Notes: a model not told the origin generated them from the letters alone. A stretch of 64,000 bases of DNA from Thermodesulfobacteriota bacterium (GCA_963675595.2 CAXXLZ010000002.1:2784001-2848000); one strand, 5' to 3'; counted from the first letter of the stretch, positions 49,031 through 59,064 are shown. A program made the numbers and translations.

Positions 49031-50599
49031 ATGGAGTTTCACAAATCGGTCCGCGTTTTCTTCCTTTTCATCTCCCTGATCTTTCTGATTCCATCGGTTG
49101 CCCTGAGCCAGACCGAGGCACTAGAGCAACTCCTTCGGATTCTCGAGGACAAGAACTTGGTCGGACCCGCGGAAGCACAAGGAATCCGCGAAACCATGTC
49201 CGAGGACCGTCGCAAACTCCTCGAACGGGAAAAGGAATTGGACGCGCGAGAACGCGCTCTGGAGGAACGGGAACACCGCCTTAAGGCTATGGAAACCTCC
49301 ACGGTTTCACCGAAGGTCGAAGAAAGCGAGCGTCCCGAAGCGCTTTCCTCCGACGGGCGCTCCTCGGAGGAGACGACGTCCGCCCTGCCTTTGGAGGCAG
49401 TCTACGATAAGGGATTCATTCTCCGGACCGAGGACCCCGACCTCTTTTCCCTCAGAATCGGAGGCCTGCTCCAGACCGACTACCGATTCTACAACTATCA
49501 AGGCGACGTCGACCCTGACGGAAACAAATTCGATATCCGGCGGGCGCGACTCATCCTGGAAAGCCGTATCTTCCAATATTTCGACTGCAAATTCGAATAT
49601 GAGTTCCAGGGAGCCGCCAGCAGGAACCTGCTCGACGCCTATGTGGACGTACACCTCGCTCCCTGGCTGTCCGTCAGGGCCGGGCAATTCAAAGAACCCT
49701 TCAGTTTGGAGCAGGTAACCAAAGACGGTTTCATTCCCTTTGCCGAGCGCTCCATGGGGTATTACCTCACGCCGCGGAGGGACGTTGGGGTCATGGCCCA
49801 CGCCTCCCTTTGGAGGGACCGCATCGGGTACGGGGTCGGTTTGTTCAACGGCGACGGACAGGATGATGTGTCGGGTGGAGACGTGGACGAACCTCAGGTT
49901 GCCGGTCGATTGGTGTTGCGGCCCTTGGCCGGTTTCGGCTTGCCCCTCCTGGAACAGCTCCAGATGGGAGGTTCCTTTACCTACGCGCGCATCGACCGAA
50001 ACAACGTAAGGGTGGACGTGCAGACCACCGGGCTCAACTCCATTTTCACCGTCACTTCCTCGGCCAAATTCAACGTGATCCTCAACGCTGGGGCCGCAAC
50101 ACGATACGGAGCGGAATTGGGCTGGGCCTACGGACCCTTCGCACTTATGGGAGAATATATCCACCTCGGCTTCACCGACCTGGAAACCAGTTCCGAAACC
50201 TTTGATGCTTCCATGGAAGACTACTATCTGGCCCTGCTTTGGATGATCACGGGTGAGAAACCCGAATTCCACGGCGGCGTGCTCGCCAACATCGAACCTG
50301 AACATCCTTTGTTCCAGGGCGGCTGGGGAGCCTTGGGGCTGGCTTTCCGATTCGATCGATTCGAGGCGGAGGAATCCGTTTACGACGATCTGGTCAACCC
50401 GGGGGATTCCATCCGCCGGGCCACGGGATTCACGCTGGCCTTGAACTGGTATCTCAACGCGTCCACCAAGCTCGTGCTGGACGCAACGCGAACCACTTTC
50501 GACCGTCCTTTGCTGGTGGGTCGAGACCCCGTTACCGGCCAATCCCTTTTCAGCGATCGAGAGGACGTGATCACCGCTCGGTTCCAGATCGGATTCTGA
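49031..50599 (+). CDS. Outer-membrane porin, OprO/OprP-like, with N-terminal coiled coil
   Basis: Signal peptide; IRRARL, LLDAYV, GQFKEPFSLE, ALNWYLN; C-terminal RFQIGF (terminal Phe). Confidence 0.85.
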   Translation: MEFHKSVRVFFLFISLIFLIPSVALSQTEALEQLLRILEDKNLVGPAEAQGIRETMSEDRRKLLEREKELDARERALEEREHRLKAMETSTVSPKVEESERPEALSSDGRSSEETTSALPLEAVYDKGFILRTEDPDLFSLRIGGLLQTDYRFYNYQGDVDPDGNKFDIRRARLILESRIFQYFDCKFEYEFQGAASRNLLDAYVDVHLAPWLSVRAGQFKEPFSLEQVTKDGFIPFAERSMGYYLTPRRDVGVMAHASLWRDRIGYGVGLFNGDGQDDVSGGDVDEPQVAGRLVLRPLAGFGLPLLEQLQMGGSFTYARIDRNNVRVDVQTTGLNSIFTVTSSAKFNVILNAGAATRYGAELGWAYGPFALMGEYIHLGFTDLETSSETFDASMEDYYLALLWMITGEKPEFHGGVLANIEPEHPLFQGGWGALGLAFRFDRFEAEESVYDDLVNPGDSIRRATGFTLALNWYLNASTKLVLDATRTTFDRPLLVGRDPVTGQSLFSDREDVITARFQIGF

Positions 50600-50723
50600 T
50601 GTTGAAAGGGAGACGAGAGGCGGAGATCGCCTGGAGTCCGTATTTTCACAACCAGGGAAGTCTCCCGACAAGGGGCGGACTTCTTCGGAAACCAACCCTT
50701 AATCTTACCGGAAGGAGTACATA

Positions 50724-52196
50724 ATGAAGAGAGGGGTAATCGTTGTCCTGTGTTTGCTTTCGGTCTGTTGGCTCACCGACGCGTTTTCGGCCTACCATCA
50801 TGAGGGGGAAATCGATTCCCCCCAGCTTCTTGCCGCGTATGAAGCCCTGGCCGGGACCAAGCTGGACCATTGTGCCACGTGTCACACGGGGGGAGAGTAC
50901 GTCAACAGTAAGGACCGCCTCGTGAGCCTCGGAAGCTGCCAGTGGTGTCATTACAGCTACGGGTACGAAGGCACCGGGAACATCATCGACACTTTGAACG
51001 ATTACGGCAAAGACTATCTGGTGAACGGTCGGGATGTGGATGCGGTGTCCGCCATAGCGGCCAACGATTCCGACGGAGACGGTTACTCGAACCAGGACGA
51101 GATCGCCGCGTTGACCTACCCCGGCAATGCGCAGGATTATCCCGGGCTTGTCACCGCTCCCTACAGGGTATATACCAAAGCCCAACTTGAGGCCATGCCC
51201 ACGCACACCCAGTTCCTCCTCATGAACGCCAATCGCCAAACCGACGAATACACCGAATACGCCGGCCCCACCATGCAGTTCTTGTTGGGGGACGCAGGCG
51301 CTTATCCGGAAACCACGGGCATCACCGTTTTCGCGCCGGACGGCTTCTCCAATTACTACCCCCTTGTGGAAGACGCCGATCCCGGTCTTTATCACGTGTT
51401 GGGAGAATACCCCCAGTCCATCTGGTATTACTCCGAAGAAGCGGACATCTCCTTGAACCCCGAAGACGGATGGTGCGATTACAGCGCTCCTGCGAATGCC
51501 GGACGTAACGACCTGGACCCCATTGTGGTCCCCGACGGACTTCGCATGATCCTGGCTCACACGAGAGACGGAGTCAACATGGATCCGGGTGTGTTGACCG
51601 AAGACAACAAACTGGACGGCGAAGGACCCTTCCGCGTGGTACCTCCCCAGAAAAACCCGGGACCGCCGGATCAAAGATTTACCGCGGAGAACCAGGAAGT
51701 CGGCTGGCCCTACGATGATAACGCCGATCACAACGCGGGTTCCTCCATCCGTTCCGCTACGATCATTCGCGTGGAGCCGCTTCCCGAAGGGACCACCGAT
51801 ATCGATGTCCTCGAAGCGGGATGGAATTACGTGGACGAAGGCAAGATCATCGTCTACGGCGGCATCGCCGGAGGGGACCAGTGTCCGATAGCCATGCAAA
51901 AGGCGGACGGCACCCTGGCCATGCCCTGCGTCGATCACCTGGGAACCCGCTACCAGGCTTATTTCGAACCCTACGAGAACCCCCAGGACACCGAAGGCCG
52001 GTACTGGAGAATGAGTTCGGTATACTATGCGGCGGCCGGGGCCCGGAACGAGATCTGCGCATCCACCGACGCTCAGGCCAATCTGCACATTCCCTGCATG
52101 CTACTCGACGGGACGCAACAGGAAGTCACCCTTATGTTCTATGTGAATCCCGAAGATCCGGATTCCTTGTACTGGAACATGTCGAGCGGTTCTTAG
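50724..52196 (+). CDS. Secreted diheme c-type protein with GEGP motif
   Basis: Signal peptide; CATCH and CQWCH; DSDGDGYSNQDE Ca-binding-like loop; LDGEGPFRVVPPQ; RBS AAGGAG. Confidence 0.85.
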   Translation: MKRGVIVVLCLLSVCWLTDAFSAYHHEGEIDSPQLLAAYEALAGTKLDHCATCHTGGEYVNSKDRLVSLGSCQWCHYSYGYEGTGNIIDTLNDYGKDYLVNGRDVDAVSAIAANDSDGDGYSNQDEIAALTYPGNAQDYPGLVTAPYRVYTKAQLEAMPTHTQFLLMNANRQTDEYTEYAGPTMQFLLGDAGAYPETTGITVFAPDGFSNYYPLVEDADPGLYHVLGEYPQSIWYYSEEADISLNPEDGWCDYSAPANAGRNDLDPIVVPDGLRMILAHTRDGVNMDPGVLTEDNKLDGEGPFRVVPPQKNPGPPDQRFTAENQEVGWPYDDNADHNAGSSIRSATIIRVEPLPEGTTDIDVLEAGWNYVDEGKIIVYGGIAGGDQCPIAMQKADGTLAMPCVDHLGTRYQAYFEPYENPQDTEGRYWRMSSVYYAAAGARNEICASTDAQANLHIPCMLLDGTQQEVTLMFYVNPEDPDSLYWNMSSGS

Positions 52197-52525
52197 CATC
52201 GATCGAACGATCCCGCTGATCGCACGGGGAAAGCCTCATTGATTGGGGTTTTCCCCTTTATTTTCGGGCCCCCGGCATTCCGCCCGAGCCCCTGAATCGC
52301 CTTCTTCTCACGAGCTTTTCTTTCCCCTGTTTCTTTTTCCGCGTTCCTTGCCTTCCTTCACCGCTTCCAATCCGCCGCCTGCACAATGTTTCTTCCACCT
52401 GTGCGGCATTGCCCCCGACGGGGTTCCCGGTCTATAATAAGTATCGCAGTCGGACTGAAAGAACCGTCTCGCATCAATTGTCCCATATTCTTCCCCGGAT
52501 CGCACAATCGGCGAAAGTCAAGGAC

Positions 52526-53710
52526 ATGTCCAAAGCCGATACAAAATCCGAACTTTCCCACATCGCCCCTCCGACGATCCTCATTGTGGAAGATGAAGTG
52601 ATTGTGGCCATGCTCCTTAAGGAGCAACTCGAACAGCTCGGGTACCGGGTAAGCGGATACGTCATGAAGGCCGAAGAGGCCCTCCGTCGCATTGAGGAAG
52701 ACAAGCCCGACTTGGTGTTGATGGACATTACCTTGCCGGGATCCATGGACGGCATCGAGGCGGCTGAGCTGGTCCAGAGCCGCTTCCATATCCCGGTGGT
52801 CTTTTCCACAGGACACTCCGACGAAGAAACGATCAGGAGAGCCAAGGCGGTGCTCCCTTTCGGCTTCCTGGTGAAGCCGTACCGCAATTCGGAACTGAAG
52901 GTGGCCGTCGATCTGGCCCTTTACGCTAATCGTGCGGACGCCCTGCGGCGGGCGGAAGAGGAAAGACTTCGAGCCAACGGGCGGACCCTCAGTGCGCTCC
53001 TCAACGTACCTTACGCTCAGTTCATGCTTCTCGACCGGCAAGGAAGGATTCTCTCCATGAATCGTCCGGCCATGGACCAGCTGGGAAAGGACGTGAGCGA
53101 GGTTCGGGGAAAGCCGGCTGCGGACTTCCTGTCCCCGGAGCCGTCGGAACTCCGACGCGCCAAGGCTCGGGAAGTGCTGGCCACGGGCAGGCCGGTTCAT
53201 TTCGAGGACCATGTCTTTCAACGAATCCTCGAAACCGACATTTTTCCCGTGTTCTCCCAAGGAGATACGGTTTCTCAACTTGCGGTGTTCTGGCGGGACG
53301 TCACCAAGGAAAAAGAAGCGACCCGAGCCCTCCGGGATGCGGAGCGGAAGTACCGGGCTTTGGTGGAAAACGTGTTCGAGGGCATCCTGGTACTGCTGGA
53401 CGGCCGGATCGTCTTCCACAATCCCAAAGCCGTCGAAATCCTCGAGTACCCCTCCGACGGTCTGCACGGGACCCCTCTGTTGGAACTCGTTCATCCCGAG
53501 GACAGAAACCGGATGAATTCGACTCTCTTTCCGGAAGACGACACGGCAACCGTGGAAGAAGAAATGCAGTTTCGTTTTCTGGATCGGCACGGATCCGAAC
53601 AACGGATGGAGACCCGAAGGGTGTGGATTCCCTGGGAGGCCGAAAAGGCCCTGATGGTGATCCTCCGTCCTTTGAAGAACGGGAAGACCTCGAACTCGCA
53701 GGTTGTCTAA
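52526..53710 (+). CDS. Response regulator REC-PAS-PAS with no output domain
   Basis: VEDE, LMDITLPG, FLVKP; two PAS domains (RDVT; VHPEDR). Confidence 0.85.
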   Translation: MSKADTKSELSHIAPPTILIVEDEVIVAMLLKEQLEQLGYRVSGYVMKAEEALRRIEEDKPDLVLMDITLPGSMDGIEAAELVQSRFHIPVVFSTGHSDEETIRRAKAVLPFGFLVKPYRNSELKVAVDLALYANRADALRRAEEERLRANGRTLSALLNVPYAQFMLLDRQGRILSMNRPAMDQLGKDVSEVRGKPAADFLSPEPSELRRAKAREVLATGRPVHFEDHVFQRILETDIFPVFSQGDTVSQLAVFWRDVTKEKEATRALRDAERKYRALVENVFEGILVLLDGRIVFHNPKAVEILEYPSDGLHGTPLLELVHPEDRNRMNSTLFPEDDTATVEEEMQFRFLDRHGSEQRMETRRVWIPWEAEKALMVILRPLKNGKTSNSQVV

Positions 53711-53806
53711 CGGCACAGCCGGTGTTGATCGATGCTCTTGATTTTCTTCAAAGAGGGTCGGGTGGAGAACTCCGAAGTTTCGCCGGAAAAACTCCCGAGC
53801 CGGGAT

Positions 53807-54136
53807 TTAATCGCCGGGACTTCCTTCTTTTCGGGGAAGCTTGATCACCCGAATGGGCCGCTTGTTGAACTTCTGGCCCACCTTGCTCATGAGAAGGCTC
53901 TTGAGACTGTCTTTGGCCTTCTTGGCATCATCCTGGGAAATAAAATACGCCCGCAGTCCCTCAATGGTCGGATAGGCCTGATCGATAGGATCCCAGCGGT
54001 TTCTGTCCACTTTGGCCTCGACCGCGTAGAAAGCCTCGGCTCTCCGCACCGCCAAGAGACAAACGTCGCCCAACTCGCGCTCCAGGATGCGAATCTTAGC
54101 CAGCTGCTCTTCGGTCAATTCCAGGAAATGCGCCAT
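53807..54136 (-). CDS. Hypothetical protein (109 aa)
   Basis: Starts 19 bp after the stop of the sigma54 activator on the same strand; protein-like composition. Confidence 0.6.
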   Translation of the reverse strand: MAHFLELTEEQLAKIRILERELGDVCLLAVRRAEAFYAVEAKVDRNRWDPIDQAYPTIEGLRAYFISQDDAKKAKDSLKSLLMSKVGQKFNKRPIRVIKLPRKEGSPGD

Positions 54137-54155
54137 ATCGAACCCTTGCGGAACC

Positions 54156-55715
54156 CTATGAAGCGGCGGTCCTGGAACTTTCTTCCGCCCTGAAATGATC
54201 GAAAGGGATTCCGTATTTCTTGACTTTGTATTGGATGATTCGTTTGGTTGTGCCGAGCCGCCGGGCGGCTTTTGTCTGGTTGCCCCGGCATTCTTTCAGC
54301 GCTTCCGTGATGAGTTCCGTCTCATACGCGGCCAGCAGCTGCTTCAATTCTCCCTTCGGAGGGCCTTTCACGGACCGGAACGAACTCTGAACGGCCGGCG
54401 GCAGATGCTTCGGCTCGATGGCGTCCCCAGGAGCCAGCAGCACGGCCCTCTCGATGTAATTCTCGAGTTCGCGGACATTCCCCGGCCATCGATAGGCCGT
54501 CAAAAGATCAAGAGCCGCGGCGGAAAAACCGGTTACGTGCTTTTGCATTTGTGCCGCGTACTTCGCCAGGAAATGCTCCGCAAGAACCAACACATCTCCC
54601 CCCCGCTCCCTCAAAGGAGGGGCCGGAATGGGAAAGACATTGAGGCGATAATACAAGTCCGATCGGAATTTGCCTTTTTCCATGAGCCGGGTCAAGTCCT
54701 GATTCGTGGCAGCCACCACGCGAACGTCCACCTTGATGGTCTTGGACGATCCGATGCGCTGAATTTCCCCCTCCTGCAAAACCCGAAGCAGTTTGGCCTG
54801 GGCCAAGGGTGAAAGTTCTCCCACTTCATCAAGAAAAATGGTACCCCCGTTGGCCGCCTCGAACCGACCGGGATTCGAACTCACCGCTCCGGTAAACGCG
54901 CCTCTGATATGTCCAAAAAGCTCGCTCTCTATGAGAGTTTCAGGTAAAGCGGCGCAGTTGACTTTGATCAACGGTTTTTCGGCACGGGAACTAAGCTGAT
55001 GAATATTTTCCGCGATCAGCTCCTTGCCTGTGCCGGTTTCCCCCGAGATCAGCACGGTAGTTCGGCTGTCCGCCACCTGTGCCGTCAATCCCTTGATCTC
55101 TTTCATGCGCTTTGAATTGCCGATCATCGAGCCGATATTGGGCCGCGTCTCAGAAAGCATTCTCTTCAGCTGCGCGTTTTCCTCCACCACCGATCGAGTA
55201 TATACCTTCCTGGCGATGAGTTCCGCCACGGCCGACAGGAATTTCACTTCCAGCCGAAGGTCCGAAATCAGCCTGGACACCTTGTCCGTGGAGATCACCC
55301 CTACAACGTCTCCTTCATAGATAATCGGCACGCACATAAAGGCCAGTTCGGTTCGATCCACGGTGCGGCGCGCACCCGTTCTATCCAGGAATAGGGGTTC
55401 TTTGTCCAAATTGAAGAAGGCCATGGGCCTGCCGGTCTTGGCCACCTGGCCCGTCACGCCTTCTCCCAGCAGGTATCGACCACGCAATTTCTCATCCGGC
55501 CCTAAGCCGAGCCCCACCACCAGATGGACCTCGTCCAGGTCGCGACGGAGTACGGAGATCATGCCTCGCTCAAGGCCCACACCGTCACGCAACAGCTCAA
55601 GCACCCGACGAAAGGACGACTCGAGGTCCTCCGACGTACTGATGGCCCGCGCGATTCCGTAGAGCGTGGCCAATTCCTCGAAACTGAAAGGTTCCATGAA
55701 GATTTCTTTTTCCAC
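54156..55715 (-). CDS. GAF-domain sigma54-dependent activator (NifA-like architecture)
   Basis: GAF (GEGVTGQVA..EPLFLDRTG..FMCVPI), [26 protein letters not shown]; start may be ATG 55697. Confidence 0.9.
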   Translation of the reverse strand: MEKEIFMEPFSFEELATLYGIARAISTSEDLESSFRRVLELLRDGVGLERGMISVLRRDLDEVHLVVGLGLGPDEKLRGRYLLGEGVTGQVAKTGRPMAFFNLDKEPLFLDRTGARRTVDRTELAFMCVPIIYEGDVVGVISTDKVSRLISDLRLEVKFLSAVAELIARKVYTRSVVEENAQLKRMLSETRPNIGSMIGNSKRMKEIKGLTAQVADSRTTVLISGETGTGKELIAENIHQLSSRAEKPLIKVNCAALPETLIESELFGHIRGAFTGAVSSNPGRFEAANGGTIFLDEVGELSPLAQAKLLRVLQEGEIQRIGSSKTIKVDVRVVAATNQDLTRLMEKGKFRSDLYYRLNVFPIPAPPLRERGGDVLVLAEHFLAKYAAQMQKHVTGFSAAALDLLTAYRWPGNVRELENYIERAVLLAPGDAIEPKHLPPAVQSSFRSVKGPPKGELKQLLAAYETELITEALKECRGNQTKAARRLGTTKRIIQYKVKKYGIPFDHFRAEESSRTAAS

Positions 55716-55848
55716 GGGACGTCAACTTAATACAATATGGTATCACTGTAAAGAGGGAGCACATAAATGTATCAACAAGAGTGCCACGCCTCATGCCAGA
55801 TCCCACCCAAGCCATTGATAATATGATACTTATTACATTCCCCGCTCA

Positions 55849-55864
55849 TGGCACACCATTTGCT
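55849..55864 (+). promoter_or_regulatory. sigma54 (-24/-12) promoter upstream of the glutamate synthase genes
   Basis: TGGCAC-ACCAT-TTGCT, an exact consensus with correct spacing. Confidence 0.8.
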
Positions 55865-56174
55865 TCTTCACTTAAGGCTCAAATGGATGGAGGTGGTGTT
55901 CGAGCTTTGTCCGCTTGATTCGAATCACTTCTCCGTTCAATGCACCGCTTTCCGGAACGGCCGCCTCGGGCCTTTTGGGAAGCCGGGAAGCCGGGTTTCC
56001 CGTGGCACCCGTTTGCATTGCGTCCGATTTTGGAATATAGGGTCATGCGTTCGTAGCCCGGATGACGGGTTCTATACCCACATTCCTACGGAATGGTAGG
56101 AAACCTACCTACTCCGCCGTAGGCAAAGGGGCGAAGCCCCTGATCAGGTAACATCCGACGAAGGTGAGAAATCA

Positions 56175-57311
56175 ATGTGCCGCCTTTTTGCTTTTACTTC
56201 ATACGAGCCCTTGTCTCCCATGCGAGCCATCGATGCGCTCAACGTGATGAAGGAAGGTCACGACGGCTCCGGGGTGGGGCTGTACATGGCCGACTTGGGA
56301 GGTGAGTTCGAAGGGTACAAGGGACTTCCCATCCTGTCCGGCATCGTCACTCTCGAGGGATTAGGCAAGCTGGATCAGTACATGTTCGAAAAAGGCTTCA
56401 TGCCCATGCACCAGTTGTCTTTCGAGCCCGGCAGGACCCCTCCTCCCCTGACGCCCAAGCGTTACACCTACCTCGTGCGGGTCTACGATATTCCCCGGGA
56501 GTGGAAGTCCCTTTCGGAACAGGAACGGAGCGACCGATTGCTCCAAACCCGGCTCCACTTGCGAAAGATGGGCCTGGAAGACGATTCCATCATCGTGTAC
56601 TCGTTCTGGCCGGACAGCATCATGATCAAGGAAATCGGGGATCCCGTGGAAGTAGCCCGATACCTGGGACTTGACCGGGAAGGCCTGACCGCGCGTACGG
56701 TTATGGCTCAGGGACGCCAGAACACCAACTACGACATCACCCTGTACGCATGCCACCCCTTTTTCCTTCAGGGGTACGCCACGATGACCAATGGAGAGAA
56801 CACGGCATTCGTACCCATTCGGGAGTACCTGACGTCGAGGGGATTTCCCGGATACGTGGGGTACTCTTCGGACTCCGAGGTATTCTGTCATATTCTGCAT
56901 TATGTGCACAAGCGTCTCGGCATGAGCCTCGAAGCCTACAAACATACGATTACTCCTTTGAAGGATGAAACGTTGCGTCGCCACCCCGACGGTGACACGC
57001 TGCGCATGATGAAACACACTCTTCGTCCGTTGATCATCGACGGTCCCAACATGGTGATCGGCTGCCTGCCGGACCACACCATGTTTATGGTGCAGGACAG
57101 CAAGAAGCTGAGGCCCGGCGTGTGCGGCGGAAGGCCGGGGCTGTTCGCCTTCTCCTCGGAAATGTGCGGCCTCGAGTATATGATTCCCAATCGGGACCGG
57201 GAGCGGGACGTCCAGCCCATGGGGGCGGACATGGTGGTGGTGGATAGGGCAAGGAAGGAGATGCGGATTTGGAGTCAATGGGATCGTTACGCATTACGCC
57301 GAGCAGCCTGA
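56175..57311 (+). CDS. Glutamate synthase, glutamine amidotransferase (class II) subunit
   Basis: N-terminal MCRL (Cys nucleophile), GHDGSG, RQNTN, ACHPF, NGEN, SDSE. Confidence 0.88.
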   Translation: MCRLFAFTSYEPLSPMRAIDALNVMKEGHDGSGVGLYMADLGGEFEGYKGLPILSGIVTLEGLGKLDQYMFEKGFMPMHQLSFEPGRTPPPLTPKRYTYLVRVYDIPREWKSLSEQERSDRLLQTRLHLRKMGLEDDSIIVYSFWPDSIMIKEIGDPVEVARYLGLDREGLTARTVMAQGRQNTNYDITLYACHPFFLQGYATMTNGENTAFVPIREYLTSRGFPGYVGYSSDSEVFCHILHYVHKRLGMSLEAYKHTITPLKDETLRRHPDGDTLRMMKHTLRPLIIDGPNMVIGCLPDHTMFMVQDSKKLRPGVCGGRPGLFAFSSEMCGLEYMIPNRDRERDVQPMGADMVVVDRARKEMRIWSQWDRYALRRAA

Positions 57312-58909
57312 GCGTCAAGGACCTGCCTTGGCAGGTTCACTGGGACCAGGACAAGTGCACCCTGTGCGGACGATGCACCTCGGTGTGCCCGGTCCGCGCC
57401 ATAGAACTTGGGGTATTCCGCAAACGCATCGTCCAGGTGGACGTGAACGACCGGAGCGCGGCGTCGAACGTTTACAAAGTCTTCTACGGCGTGAAACAGC
57501 AGACGGATCCGGCTCATGCCTGTATCGGTTGCGCCATGTGCGATCTGGTGTGTCCCAACCGGGCCATCCGCCCCATGCGTGCCGACGATGCGGACAAGTT
57601 GAGGTTCCACATCAATCAGGGAGGGGAGCCCAGAAAACGCGGCGGTCGAAGGAACGTCGCGGGCACCCTGCTGGATCATATCAAATTCACGAGAATTTCG
57701 ATGCTTACGGACCCCGCTTTGGACGCGGGGAGGCATGAATTCGAATTGCGGACGCTCTTGGGCCGCGTTCTTTCACCCGAAAGCATGATGGCCCACTTGG
57801 ACGAAGAAGGCTACGCTCTTCCGGTGCGGGAAATCTATCCGTTGATCATCGGAAGCATGTCTTTCGGAGCCCTCTCTCCCACCATGTGGGAGGGACTTCA
57901 GATGGGCATCGCCTATTTGAACGAAGAACTGGGGATGCCGGTGCGCATGGTAAGCGGAGAAGGCGGAGTGCCTCGACGCTTTCTCAAGTCCCGGTTCCTC
58001 AAATACATGATTCTGCAAATCGCCAGCGGTTATTTCGGCTGGGACGAAATCCTTCACGCCATTCCGCATATGAAGGAAGACCCCTGCGCCATAGAAATCA
58101 AATATGGGCAGGGGGCCAAACCCGGCGATGGCGGTCTTTTGATGTGGTACAAAGTCAACAAGCTGATCTCCGCCATTCGCGGCGTTCCCATGGCCATCAG
58201 CTTGCCGAGTCCGCCCACGCACCAGACCAAGTACTCCATCGAAGAAGCCGTGGCCAAGATGATCCAGTCCATGTACATGACCTGGGGCTTCCGCGTGCCG
58301 GTGTATCCCAAGATCTCCGCCACGAAAACCTCTCTGGCCGTGCTCAACAATCTCGCCCGGAACTCTTTCGCCGGCGGATTGGCCATCGACGGCGAGGACG
58401 GCGGCACCGGCGCGGCTTACGACGTCTCCTTGAACGCCATGGGCTATCCCATCGCGAGCAACATCCGCGATGCCTACCTGAACCTTGTCGCCATCGGCAA
58501 ACAGAACGAATTGCCCCTTTTTGCCGCGGGCGGCGTGGGAAAGAGCGGCAACTTGGCCGCCAATGCCGCCGCTTTGATCATGTTGGGCGCGAGCGGGGTC
58601 CAGATCGGCAAGTACGTCATGCAGGCGGCCGCCGGTTGCCTGGGCGCCGAATCGGACCGATGCAACATCTGCAACATCGGTCTTTGCCCCAAGGGGATCA
58701 CATCTCAGGATGCGCGCATCTACCGAAGGCTCGACCCCGAGCAGGTGGCGGAACGCTTGGTGGATATGTTCGAGTCGTTCGATACGGAACTACGAAAAAT
58801 CGTAGCCCCTCTGGGTCGCTCCACATCGCTTCCCATAGGCATGTCGGACGCTTTGGGCATTGGAGACGCCCATGCGGCGGAACGATTGAAGATTTCGTAT
58901 GTTTGCTAG
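57278..58909 (+). CDS. Glutamate synthase, ferredoxin plus FMN-binding subunit
   Basis: CTLCGRCTSVCP, CIGCAMCDLVCP, MSFGALS, EIKYGQGAKPGDGG, CNICNIGLCPKGITSQD. Confidence 0.92.
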   Translation: MGSLRITPSSLSVKDLPWQVHWDQDKCTLCGRCTSVCPVRAIELGVFRKRIVQVDVNDRSAASNVYKVFYGVKQQTDPAHACIGCAMCDLVCPNRAIRPMRADDADKLRFHINQGGEPRKRGGRRNVAGTLLDHIKFTRISMLTDPALDAGRHEFELRTLLGRVLSPESMMAHLDEEGYALPVREIYPLIIGSMSFGALSPTMWEGLQMGIAYLNEELGMPVRMVSGEGGVPRRFLKSRFLKYMILQIASGYFGWDEILHAIPHMKEDPCAIEIKYGQGAKPGDGGLLMWYKVNKLISAIRGVPMAISLPSPPTHQTKYSIEEAVAKMIQSMYMTWGFRVPVYPKISATKTSLAVLNNLARNSFAGGLAIDGEDGGTGAAYDVSLNAMGYPIASNIRDAYLNLVAIGKQNELPLFAAGGVGKSGNLAANAAALIMLGASGVQIGKYVMQAAAGCLGAESDRCNICNIGLCPKGITSQDARIYRRLDPEQVAERLVDMFESFDTELRKIVAPLGRSTSLPIGMSDALGIGDAHAAERLKISYVC

Positions 58910-59064
58910 GGAATGGTCGGACGCCGTCCTGAATCGTCATGGCGTATAGTCCCACCCCGATAAGCGATTGCGGAAAGGAGAACGGCCTGAAGCGGGAATC
59001 CGGCGGCCTGTCCGGCGTCGAAGGAGAGGCCCCTTGATCCGGGACTCCGCTGGGCTCGAATGAT

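Noticed and set aside
54156-55715. Gene symbol nifA
   Set aside because: The architecture matches, but there are no nif genes in the window and many GAF-type activators share it
56003-56017. Second sigma54 promoter TGGCACCCGTTTGCA
   Set aside because: The GG-to-GC spacing is 9 nt instead of the required 10
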